A DNA stretch of 62,519 nt, counting the filler, from Pirum gemmata (Eukaryota), in the NCBI GenBank assembly GCA_002812295.1. It is 11 parts of 11 records of this genome, joined end to end, with 100 filler letters (N's around TTAATTAATTAA, not from the genome) between each part and the next. Parts side by side here need not be neighbours in the genome. Positions count along the whole stretch, not along the records: positions 49,541 to 54,822 come from PDIN01000620.1; positions 54,923 to 62,519 come from PDIN01000621.1; 9 more parts are not named here. One strand, given 5' to 3'. The notes beneath the pieces are model-generated. The model saw nothing but the letters and a program-made list of their open reading frames with translations. It was not told the origin of the DNA and made no database searches. Shown one piece after another: positions 52,321 to 62,519 of the stretch. The position numbers and the translations under genes were made by a program. Positions within the stretch are counted from its first letter, which is position 1, and each line of letters opens with the position of its first letter.

Positions 52321-54922
52321 ACCCTAAAGAAACCTAACTCTATTGATTTATCTAATTATACTTATAATTATTAATAAAAGGCTAGTTCCGCATAATTATA
52401 TAAGTTATTAAATAGGCTCTTACTACATTTTCTTTCCTTTCAATATATTGTTTCTAATATTTTGTGTTTTTTTTTTAAAATATTATCATAATATATTTCT
52501 AATATTTTTGAGTTTTTTTTTTTTTATTATAATTATTTATTATTCATTTTTTTTTCTTATTTATAATATATTCTATATTGTATTTTTATTATTATTATTT
52601 TTTGTACCAATGTATTTTTTTTTTATTTCAATGATCGCTACTAGCTAGAAACTCTTGAGATGGAAAGTATCTATTTTATTTATTTATTGTTATGTATTTT
52701 ATTATGATATAGACATTCAAGCCTATATTATATTATTTGGGTTCAAGTCTAGTCAAATTGTATATAATTATTATAATAAAAAAAGATAAGTTAATTAAAA
52801 ACTGTTTTAAAAAATTTGTAAGGTATTAATACATTATAGTAGAAAACTTAGTTCCATTAATTATTATTATTATTTTTTATAGATTTGTTTATTATTTTGT
52901 GTTTGTTATACTTCAAGCCATTACATAAATACAAAACTCGCCATATTTTTTTGATACCTTTTTTAATTAAGTAGATAACTAAATAAGGGTATTATTTTAT
53001 ATTTATTAATTATTAATAATACCCTACTAAAAACCGATGAAAATTAAATACCCAAATAAATAGTTGATTTTAAAATTTCCGTAAACTGTGAGATCTGTGT
53101 TTTTTCCGAGCCTTCGGGGAATCAAAAGATAATTAAATATTAAAATATACAATATTATACAAATTTTCAAAGCAATAGAAAAAGCAGTAGAAAATAAGAA
53201 AAAAAAATGTATCGATATATTCAGAGATAGCATTATCTGTACAGCTATCTGTACCTTATTCCAAGTTTTCCAATATTCGAGGCAAAATCTTGCAAAATTT
53301 AATTAACATATTCACAATAATTGTTCATTATCTTATCTTAATAGCTTCTTAATATCTTAAAAAAATTCAATCCATTAGTTTTATATATGGTTCATTGAAA
53401 TCATATTAAATTTTTTATTTCTTTTTTTCTTTTAATAATTTATTATAACATTAATTTAATTAATTTTTAAAATAATTAATTAAATTTTGGAACAATATAA
53501 TTTTTTAAAAATTAAAAAATAAATAAATAAGATAAATTATATTAATTCACACTTTATTTCAATTTCATTTTAATTAACTAAAAAATCATAATTCAGTATC
53601 ATTTCAATATTATATCTTGTATTCAAATTGAATTCAAATTACTTGTAGTTTAATAACTATATATTTCAAATTAAAAATAATTCATCAATTCTATATTTTG
53701 TTCAAATGCAAATTTATACTTTATGTTCAGTTCATTTTAATTCATAAAATTTTAATTATGTCAGAAAGAACGCCAATTTCTGGCATTAATTAATTATCTG
53801 CAGGTTCCGTGATAAAAATTTTGTGTCACTAGCTATAGTTTTAAAACGGTTTTAATTAAATTTACAATAGCTCAAAACGTTATTTCTACTTTGTTTGGCT
53901 TTATGAGTTTTGGGGTATAGATGATATAAGTTGCTTCGTTAAAAAAAAGCAAGATGAGTTATGGAATATATGCATAGATAATATCGATATTATCGATATT
54001 TCGGCAGTGTTGGAAAAATTAGGCTCTTAATTAATAATAGAGTCTAGGGTTTTACTAATTAAATTATTTTATTTATATTTTTTAATTAAATAAGTTTTTA
54101 GTTATCGTTTTATCGTGATTGGTTCGATCTTTTATTACGAGCTTTCGTGTTTAATTTAATTCATATCTTAAATGGCTTCTTGAACTAGCCAGCCATTTAA
54201 AAAGCATTTTGGTTAAAATAAGAAATTTATATATACTTTTATAATTTGATTTTTAAATTAACTATTTTATACTAAAGAATTGTATCGATATATTGAAAAG
54301 ATAACTCCCCAAAGCATTGCTGAACTTTTTTTTAAAATAAAGATTTTTTAATTGTAATAACAAAGTTATAATTTTAATATAAAACTTATTAGTTTATGTT
54401 ATTTTGTTAATAATTATATATACTCGTACCTTATTTATTAATTATAATTATCATCATAACGGCTCCTTACTAAGTCGCAAATTGGGTCCGAGCAGACAAT
54501 AAAATATTTAAGTAAGAGTTATCATGAAAACCGAAATTCGGTAATCTATTTTATAATGTGTCACTGCTATTTGACTGTCGATAAATCTGTTTGTTTTATC
54601 AGAGCTCTGATTATGATAAAAAAAAAACCAAAATTCAATAAAAATATAGAAATTATAAATTAAAAAGTATTTACTTTATCTAAATAAACATGTAATCCAA
54701 CTAATTGAAAATAATATTTTTTAATAATAACAAATAATAATGAATAATAATGAATAATAATGAATAAAAATAATGATAATAAATAATAATAAATAATAAT
54801 AAATGATAATTAATAATAAATANNNNNNNNNNNNNNNNNNNNNNNNNNNNNNNNNNNNNNNNNNNNTTAATTAATTAANNNNNNNNNNNNNNNNNNNNNN
54901 NNNNNNNNNNNNNNNNNNNNNN

Positions 54923-56026
54923 AGGGTAGGGTGCTTCGTTGGTAAAGGAGTTGGTACGATTTGTAATTATCAAGCCCCTAATATTTACGTTCCGATGGAA
55001 ATTAAAAAGGAATTTTGGTTAGGGGATTGTAGTAAATTTCCAGGTACAACGAAAATAAACGGTTTGTGTTCGTGTGGGACAGGCAAAACAACCGATGCGA
55101 AAGGAAATTGTATAGTTAATACCCCGCAGCCCATATCTACTAGTACTCTAGTTCCAGGTCCAGGTCCAGCAAAACAGAAAGCAGACGCTGCAGCAGCAAA
55201 ACAGAAAGCAGACGCTGCAGCAGCAAAACAGAAAGCAGCAAAACAGAAAGCAGCAAAACTGAAAGCAGACGCAGCAGCAGCAAAACTTAAAGCAGACGCA
55301 GACGCAGCAGCAGCAGCAGCAGCAGCAGCAAAAACGAAAGCAGACGCAGACGCAAAAACGAAAGCAGACGCAGCAGCAGCAGCAGCAGCAAAAAAGAAAG
55401 CAGACGCAAAAACGAAAGCAGACGCAGCAGCCGCAGCCGCAGCAAAAAAGAAAGCAGACGTAAAACAAAAAGCAGCTAAATCATGTGTGGCATGGAAGAA
55501 TGCTAATGGTCGTTGTCAAGGTTCCGAGAAAGCAGTAAACAATTTCGATACCGCAAAATGTACAGGACAGGCTTCATGTCCAAAACTTTGTTGTGAAAGT
55601 AATGGTGGTAATGGTGGTAATGGGGGTAATGGTAGCGGTAATGGTAGCGGTAATGGTAGAGGGAATGGTAGCGGTAATGGTAGCGGTAATGGTGGCAAAG
55701 GTAGCGGTAATGGTGGTAAAGGTAGCGGTAATGGTGGTAGCGGTAATGGTGGTAAAAGTAGCAAGAATGATGGTAATGGTAGCAGCGGTAATGGTAGTCA
55801 TAGTACAGGTAATGGTGCTGGTAATGGTTCTAATAAAGGATCAACAAAACAAACCGGAAATTCTGGAAATAGTACTGGTTTTGCAAATAAGACTGACCTT
55901 GCTACCCCATTTGCAAACGGTGGAGTGGTAAACTTGACAAACTCTACCGGTACCGGTACCGCCACATATATAGTAGCTAACTTTGTAACTGTGGCATTAA
56001 CGTTTGTTATTAAACAAATTTTGTAA
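54923..56026 (+). CDS. CAP/SCP-domain surface protein, paralog 1 (5' part lost at contig start)
   Basis: Begins RVGCFVGKGVGTICNYQ, identical to paralog 2, then an Ala/Lys repeat, a 6-Cys module, a Gly/Asn/Ser linker and a hydrophobic C-terminus. Confidence 0.9.
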   Translation, partial: RVGCFVGKGVGTICNYQAPNIYVPMEIKKEFWLGDCSKFPGTTKINGLCSCGTGKTTDAKGNCIVNTPQPISTSTLVPGPGPAKQKADAAAAKQKADAAAAKQKAAKQKAAKLKADAAAAKLKADADAAAAAAAAAKTKADADAKTKADAAAAAAAKKKADAKTKADAAAAAAAKKKADVKQKAAKSCVAWKNANGRCQGSEKAVNNFDTAKCTGQASCPKLCCESNGGNGGNGGNGSGNGSGNGRGNGSGNGSGNGGKGSGNGGKGSGNGGSGNGGKSSKNDGNGSSGNGSHSTGNGAGNGSNKGSTKQTGNSGNSTGFANKTDLATPFANGGVVNLTNSTGTGTATYIVANFVTVALTFVIKQIL

Positions 56027-56574
56027 ATTGAATTTTATAAAATAATAATAATAATAATAGCAATAAATAATAACATTAATGCTAAATAACAACAATAAAT
56101 AATAACAATAATGCTAATGATAATATTCCATTTTATTTATAAATTGATATATTGGAACTCAACACAATATAGATCCATTTAAAGATTATACCCTGCCAAA
56201 TAAATATTCAGAGTGACAAAATAAACCAAAAGTACAAGTAGCAGAAGTGTTTCTCCCTACCTAACAACGGAAATCATTTTCGAATTAAATTCAAAACCGG
56301 AATATTAGTACACGTATTAATATACGTACTTATAATAATATATACGATAGTAACCCCCCACTTTTTAAATTTCGTTACTATCATTATTGTCCTTTACAAT
56401 CGTATTAAAATAGTATTTATGGTTCCAACGTTTGCGGACAATCTTCGAAGCGATTCGCACTTAGATCAAAGTTCAACACGAATAATAATATATTACATTG
56501 AACCATAGTCAACCTGTTTAATTTAGAGTTAAGAGTTTATAATTAACAGCTTACGGACAGGATTAGTACGTTAG

Positions 56575-56765
56575 GGACAGGGTTATGACTTTAGGGTTAG
56601 GGTTAGGGTTAGGGTTAGGGTTAGGGAGACTCTTAGGGTCTTGGTTAGGGTCTTGGTTAGGGTTCGGGAATGTTAGGGTTAAGACTTAAGGGTAAGTTAC
56701 AATTAGAGTTAGGGAGAGTTAGAGAGAGTTAGAGAGAGTTAGGGAGAGTTACGGTTGCGTTAGGA
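56575..56765 (+). repeat. Interstitial TTAGGG and variants (TTAGGGAGAG)
   Basis: Seen directly. Confidence 0.85.
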
Positions 56766-57903
56766 ATTATTAAAGTTTAAGATAGATTTATAAGTTTACA
56801 TAAATGGGGTTTATGATTTGTGATTTATAAAACAGTTTGGTGCCCCGAAAATGCACTACGCGTGCGCTGTTGCAAGTGTGAAGCGGACAATTGCGAACCA
56901 AGTCCATATGGTTATAAAAGGCGATCGATTGACAGGCGCTTTTGTGTTGGTGGAATATTTTTTCGAAGTTATAAGTGTAGCTTATCTAATTCCACTTTTA
57001 CAATTATTTCGAAAGAATATTAAGGATTTACCACCAAATATCCCTTTTATTATCACACATAAATAAATATTACATGAAGAATACTGCCTTGAACTTATAA
57101 GAGCTGGTCAACATAGAGAGGGCTTCGGTGGTTATTGTAAAGAAATTGAATAGGTTCGCTCAGAAAGATATAACTCGATAATTCGTTCTTATACCGGTAT
57201 NNNNNNNNNNNNNNNNNNNNNTATTAAAAATTATATAATATAGTATTTATTATTTTTTATTATTAATATTATTTTTTTTTAAGTTTATTTTCTTCTTCTC
57301 AATAGCAAAATTATATATTATGTCAGTGTAATAGTTATGAAATCTAAAGAAGTGTTGTGGAAAAAAGTTTGAACAGATATCTTTAAACAGAAGTTTGAAA
57401 AGAAACCAGCTGATCCAGGCTGGTCGTGAAATAGAGTTTCCCCTTTTTAGGTGTTGAGGAATCGGAGTGAGAATTGTTGTCTTAAAATTAGGGTTAGGGT
57501 CAGGGTTTAATGTCTTTCTTTTTGGCAAAGCTATTAATCATACAGACCGACCCCAGGACGAAAATGAATAAAGAAAATTATTATTTATGTGTAAAAAAAA
57601 ATACAAAAATACAAAAAAATGCATTTACATCAAATAAAAGAGCACCCAAAAAAACAAACAAAACCTAAATAAAAAAAAAACATATAAATAAAATCATTTT
57701 TGTGATACTATTTTCATTTTATTTAATTAAAAAATAGAAACTTTTTAATATACGCATACAAGTTCTGATAATTTTTCTTTTATTAATATAATTTTAATAT
57801 TAAAAAAAAAAAAATAAAAAAAAAATAAAAGTAAGGTGTATCAATTTTTTTAAAACAAAGGTTTTTTTTTTCCTCTTTCTCTTTCATTTCTATTGTAACA
57901 AAA

Positions 57904-59022
57904 ATGGCTCTAAACAAACCAAATTACACAATTAGCGAAGGAGTTTTTACTGAGCTCAGCTATAACAACCACCAACTCACTAACCCCACTCATTTGGCCG
58001 CAGTTCAATCAAATATTATGGACGACCACACTCGTCGAATTCTCCTCGATAACCATAATAGATTACGAAAAGAATTGAAGGTTGGTAGTATGAGAGAGCT
58101 TGTTTACGACAAGAACTTGGAATGTATGGCAAGAAAACACGTAGAGAAAGAGCTTAAACGAAAGGAATTAATTGAAGGCAAGTTTAAATATTCTTTTCAA
58201 CATCGTGGTGGCGCTGCCTATAAATTGTTTCCTGGCGAGTATGACCAGGCAGACTGTAGTATTACTGGCTCTGTAGGGGAAAATATGGCTGGTTGGGGGG
58301 ATAAGAGTAAAGCCAAAGAAAATGTAGTTATGTGGGTAGACTCCTATGGGTGCGGTGGTGAAAGACTCATGTATGCTATCCAATTTGGTGATGATTCGGT
58401 TATGAAGGCAATTGGTAAAGACTTAAATGCTGAAAAATTAAGATGCAACAAAACGGAAACAAAGGGTAGTGTTAATTGGTGGCAGTTTGCACATTTTACT
58501 CAAGTGATGAATCCGAAAACTCATAGGGTAGGGTGCTTCGTTGGTAAAGGAGTTGGTACGATTTGTAATTATCAAGCCCCTAATATTTACGTTCCGATGG
58601 AAATTAAAAAGGAATTTTGGTTAGGGGATTGTAGTAAATTTCCAGGTACAACGATAATAAACGGTTTGTGTTCGTGTGGGGCAGGCAAAACAACCGATGC
58701 GTCAGGAAAATGTATAGCTAAAGGTAGCGGTGATGGTGGTAAAAGTAGCAAGAATGGTGGTAATGGTAGTAGCGGGAATGGTAGTCATAGTACAGGCAAT
58801 GTTGGTAATGGTGCCGGTAATGGTTCTAATAAAGGATCAACAAAACAAACTGGAAATTCTGGAAATAGCACTGGTTTTTCAAATAAGACTGATCTTGCTA
58901 CCCCATTTGCAAACGGTGGAGGGGAAAACTCGACAAACCGTACCGGTACCGGTACCGCCACGTATATAGTAGCTAACTTTGTAACTGTGGCAGTAACGTC
59001 TGTTATTAAACAAATTTTATAA
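57904..59022 (+). CDS. CAP/SCP (PR-1-like) domain protein with Gly/Ser/Asn stalk and GPI-signal-like end, paralog 2
   Basis: HNRLR...M..LVYD..LE..A, FQH, GENMA, AHFTQVM...THRVGC and ICNY. The C-terminus is TYIVANFVTVAVTSVIKQIL. No signal peptide follows this ATG, so an upstream exon is possible. Confidence 0.92.
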   Translation: MALNKPNYTISEGVFTELSYNNHQLTNPTHLAAVQSNIMDDHTRRILLDNHNRLRKELKVGSMRELVYDKNLECMARKHVEKELKRKELIEGKFKYSFQHRGGAAYKLFPGEYDQADCSITGSVGENMAGWGDKSKAKENVVMWVDSYGCGGERLMYAIQFGDDSVMKAIGKDLNAEKLRCNKTETKGSVNWWQFAHFTQVMNPKTHRVGCFVGKGVGTICNYQAPNIYVPMEIKKEFWLGDCSKFPGTTIINGLCSCGAGKTTDASGKCIAKGSGDGGKSSKNGGNGSSGNGSHSTGNVGNGAGNGSNKGSTKQTGNSGNSTGFSNKTDLATPFANGGGENSTNRTGTGTATYIVANFVTVAVTSVIKQIL

Positions 59023-59435
59023 GTTGAATTTTCTGTATGTATTTTATATATTATATATAATAATAATAATAATAATAGCAATAAATAATAACAATGATGC
59101 TAAATAATAACAATAAATAATAACAATAATGCTAAAGATAATAAAAATAATAATAGTAATAAAATGGTGCTTTTCAATTGTTTTCTCATTATAAAAATTG
59201 AAATATAATTCCATTTTATTTAATTTGATATATTTTATTATCTATTTATCAATTAAAAATTTCAATTTAAAGGTTATACCCTACCAAATAAATATTCAGA
59301 GTGAGAAATAAACGAAAAGTTCAAAAATATAAAATAATAAAGATAGCGTAATAGGAATTATTTATTTTACGTAATATCACGTGTTTAACGAATATGATAG
59401 TACCCCCCTATTATTTTCCTTTCCAATCGTAGTAT

Positions 59436-60413
59436 TTATGCTTCCCTAACATCATGATAACCAACCTCATCTTTTGAAACTTCAAAAGAAACTGGAGAAT
59501 TGCCAATACTAGTATAAGTATTACTAAAATTAGGTTTACATTTAGTATTAGGATTGGTATTAGTATTAATATTATTATTAGTATTAGTAATATTAATATT
59601 AGTATTAGTATTAGTATTAGTAATAGTAATAGTATTTATTAGTATTAGTATTGTGGTATTGGTATTAGAATTAGTATTATTAATATTATTAGTGTTTCTC
59701 TCGTTTTCATATTCTGTATGAGTTTGTAATATCACCCCATCCATATCACCATACCCTTTCGCTCGAATAAACTCCATTGGAGTTAATCCTTCAAGTTTGT
59801 CTTTTTCCAATTTTCTGTTAGTTTCTGTTTCCGTTTTTGATGATAGATATAGGCACCTATACTGCATAATATAAAAAAAGATTCCAGTTACAGATGCTGT
59901 TGTAATAATTATTGTTTTGTTTTCATTACTTAAACCCGTTTTTCCAACTTCCTCGGAAGAAATACAATTACCAGTGCTAGGGTCAATAAAGTAGTCACCT
60001 TCTAATAATTATTGTTTTAAAATTTGTTTTCATTCTTTTAATTAAAAACCCGTTTTTCCTTTTTTTTTAGCTGCACATTCTTTTTCTTTAAAATGAATAC
60101 AATTTTTTGTACTGATATTAAAATAATAGTATTGTTGAGGTATCTTCCTTTTGCATTCGGTTTCCAGGTCGTTACAGACCCCAACTAGATTTTGTTTTTC
60201 ATCCATTTCACTTTTGTTAATAAAAAACGCATACTCGTATAATTCAAAACATTCAGCCTCTCTATTTTTAAAATATTGATGAAATTCTTTTACTTCACAG
60301 ATAATCTGTGAGTCATTGCATTTTTGTTCGCGTTCTGTGTTCCATTTAGTTTTGTGTGATCTCAATTTGTCTAAAGCTAACAACGTTTTTATCCTATCAC
60401 TCATTTCATACAT
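59436..60413 (-). pseudogene. Disrupted Cys-containing single-pass membrane protein gene
   Basis: Three consecutive minus-strand pieces. The middle piece, not in the ORF track, reads EGDYFIDPSTGNCISSEEVGKTGLSNENKTIIITTASVTGIFFILCSIGAYIYHQKRKQK (TM + basic stop-transfer). Stops and frameshifts separate the pieces. Confidence 0.5.
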
Positions 60414-60748
60414 AGAATTACCATACAGAGAATTATACCGGAAGAAGTTCTTTATCGGTGTTATGGATACATAACTATTTCTCAGGAATAGTCCCCCCTA
60501 ACCCTATTATTATTATTATTATTATTATTATTACTGTTAATTAACGTTATTATTATTATTATTATTATATTATTATTAATAATAATACAGTAATAATACT
60601 TTAATGAAAGTACTACCAAATTTTTAATAAATTGTTTTTAAAACTAAGAAACTCTATTATGAACCAATGACTAGTTTTGAAAAATAATTTGGCTAGTTAG
60701 TATTTTTAGAAAAAGAAGTCAAAAAAAAAAAAAGTTCAGAAANATTTA

Positions 60749-61085
60749 TATGGTAAAAAATATAAACAATGTAGAAATAAAACAAACACACCACCCTTTT
60801 GTAAACTACATACTAAAACTCACTTTAAAGTTACTGTCAAAGAGTCGGAAATCATACCTGATTCAAGAGGTGTTTTTGCTGTAGCCCCTTTCCAAAAAGA
60901 TAGTTTATGTGGACTATATTATGGTGAACTATTAAACGAAAAGCAATTAAATGAAAGATATCCCAATGATATAATCGTCCCTTATATACCGCAAAAGCAG
61001 AAGCCAAGGTATAGGTTTAATTATAAATCACTGTAGCAGTAATACAAACATTTCTTCTAATACAAAAATTGACATCAAAAGTTAG
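60749..61085 (+). pseudogene. Zinc-finger + SET-domain fragment, frameshifted
   Basis: From 60749: YGKKYKQCRNKTNTPPFCKLHTKTHFKVTVKESEIIPDSRGVFAVAPFQKDSLCGLYYGELLNEKQLNERYPNDIIVPYI. The +1 frame then gives KSRSQGIGLIINHCSSNTN (SET NH motif). Confidence 0.7.
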
Positions 61086-62401
61086 AAAATAATTCTAACA
61101 ATTGACCAATATGACAATTTAAAAAAAAAAATTCCTTTCCTTCTAGATAATGATAAAACTGTCTTTGCTGGCGTATAATCCGCGTATTTGTAATGCCTGA
61201 TATCACTATCTATTATCATTATATTTAAATAATTGTATTACAGGCAACTGAGCCAAGCCGTTTTTATAATAATAAATAAAACTGTTCCAAGGAGCAGAAA
61301 TCTTTTTTTTTTTGGACGAAGTCTTCTTTTAAGTTTATTACTAAAACTAGCCAAATTATTTTTCAAAACTAGCTATTGGTTCAAAATATAGTTTTCTTAG
61401 TTAGAAGCTTTCTCAAAATTTGGTAGTACTTTCATTGAAATTGGATCATTTTGAGATTTTTTCGCGAATGTCGCCATTTTTATCTGACTTGGTAGCTTTT
61501 TACGTTTTTAGTTTTTGAATAAATCAACTTTTGAAAATGAAAACTATTAATAAAACACAAAGACTAATTGCACAAATCAATGCAGTAGTAGATCGTGTTA
61601 AGACTTAGTGTTGCCCAGTTCAAAAACTGAAATAAACGTAGAAACTACCCAATTATTATAAACTATCAAACATATTTTAATTAATTTGGTATTTTATAAG
61701 CTCAATAAAACACTTAAACAGTACCAAATTAAAGATTGAGAGGACGACTAAAATAAAATTATATTTATAAAGTTTTATATCATAACAGACCCCATTCACT
61801 CCCCATTCTCAGACGCTCTCAGAGACTCAGGCACAGGTCGCACAGGCTGCACAGCAGCCACACACAGCCCTCTGTAGCTAGCTAGACCGATACTCCGACT
61901 CAGTTCTCCCCCAAATGGTATCATAATTAATGTTTTTAAAAGTGTATAATGAACTTGTTTATGAAATTCAATAAAATAACAAATTAATTAAGACATGACT
62001 GATAGTTTAACCATATAATAATAATTTTACACGATGGACAACACTACAATAGAAAACGATAGACTCCCAGAACTCTCCCAGGCTTCCAGTGACCCACTCC
62101 CACAGACTCGCACAGAATAATATTATTAATTTTTAAAAAAAATTTTTTTTTTTTTTTTCGAAATCTGATTGGATGCCGTTTTTTAGCAGGCATTTTTATT
62201 TATTTATTTATTAAAGTCGTTAATTTATTGGTTACACATTACGTCATATTTATTAATAGTTATAATAATGTTTTTATTTAAAAATTCCCCCCTTATTTGC
62301 AAGAAAATTAAAGAATGTTTTTTTTTGTCCCTCTCTTTTTACCCTAGTAACGGTATAATCGGTATTATGCTACTTAAAAATTTTTTTTTTTTTTTGTTTT
62401 T

Positions 62402-62448
<47 letters not shown>

Positions 62449-62519
62449 GATTGTTTCTCTATTTTTCTATTTGTCTACTAGCTAGTACTGATATAGATTT
62501 AAAATAATAATAATAACTT

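Larger units (their letters stand above)
5347..54922. other. Ten artificial contig linkers (N44-TTAATTAATTAA-N44)
   Basis: Identical 100-nt spacers at 5347-5446, 10746-10845, 16053-16152, 21442-21541, 26794-26893, 33305-33404, 38670-38769, 44055-44154, 49441-49540 and 54823-54922. The 12-mer puts stops in all six frames. Plain N gaps at 32158-32189, 47755-47800 and 57201-57220 are within-scaffold gaps. Confidence 0.97.

Noticed and set aside
55148..55931. Cys-rich, Pro/Leu-rich and Met/Val-rich overlapping ORFs
   Set aside because: Alternative frames of the CAP paralog's Ala/Lys and Gly/Asn repeats.

Overview
Very AT-rich eukaryotic (probably protist) DNA read with the standard genetic code and GT-AG introns. 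The window is not one locus. Ten identical 100-nt linkers (44 N + TTAATTAATTAA + 44 N) join eleven unrelated contigs, most about 5.2-5.3 kb, so neighbourhood only means something within a contig. Supported genes: a mitochondrial ADP/ATP carrier (partial), a vWA+TSR+TM adhesin with a TRAP/MIC2-like TM and a double NPxY-like tail, a 5-exon ~908-aa CH+LIM protein carrying ~25 chained C4 zinc fingers, a second 2-LIM gene (partial), a multi-exon ATP10 largely missed by the ORF track, NOC4 (partial), a secreted temptin-like + copper type II monooxygenase, and two tandem CAP/SCP paralogs. Relics include a non-LTR retrotransposon 3' end with an (ATT)n tail, a frameshifted zinc-finger+SET fragment and a broken membrane-protein gene. 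Intergenic DNA is dense with MITE families (TA-flanked, PIF/Harbinger-like, a 39-bp P-like hairpin), interstitial TTAGGG arrays, palindromes and micro/minisatellites. Most ORF-track entries are translations of simple repeats. All family assignments come from reading motifs by eye; no searches were run.
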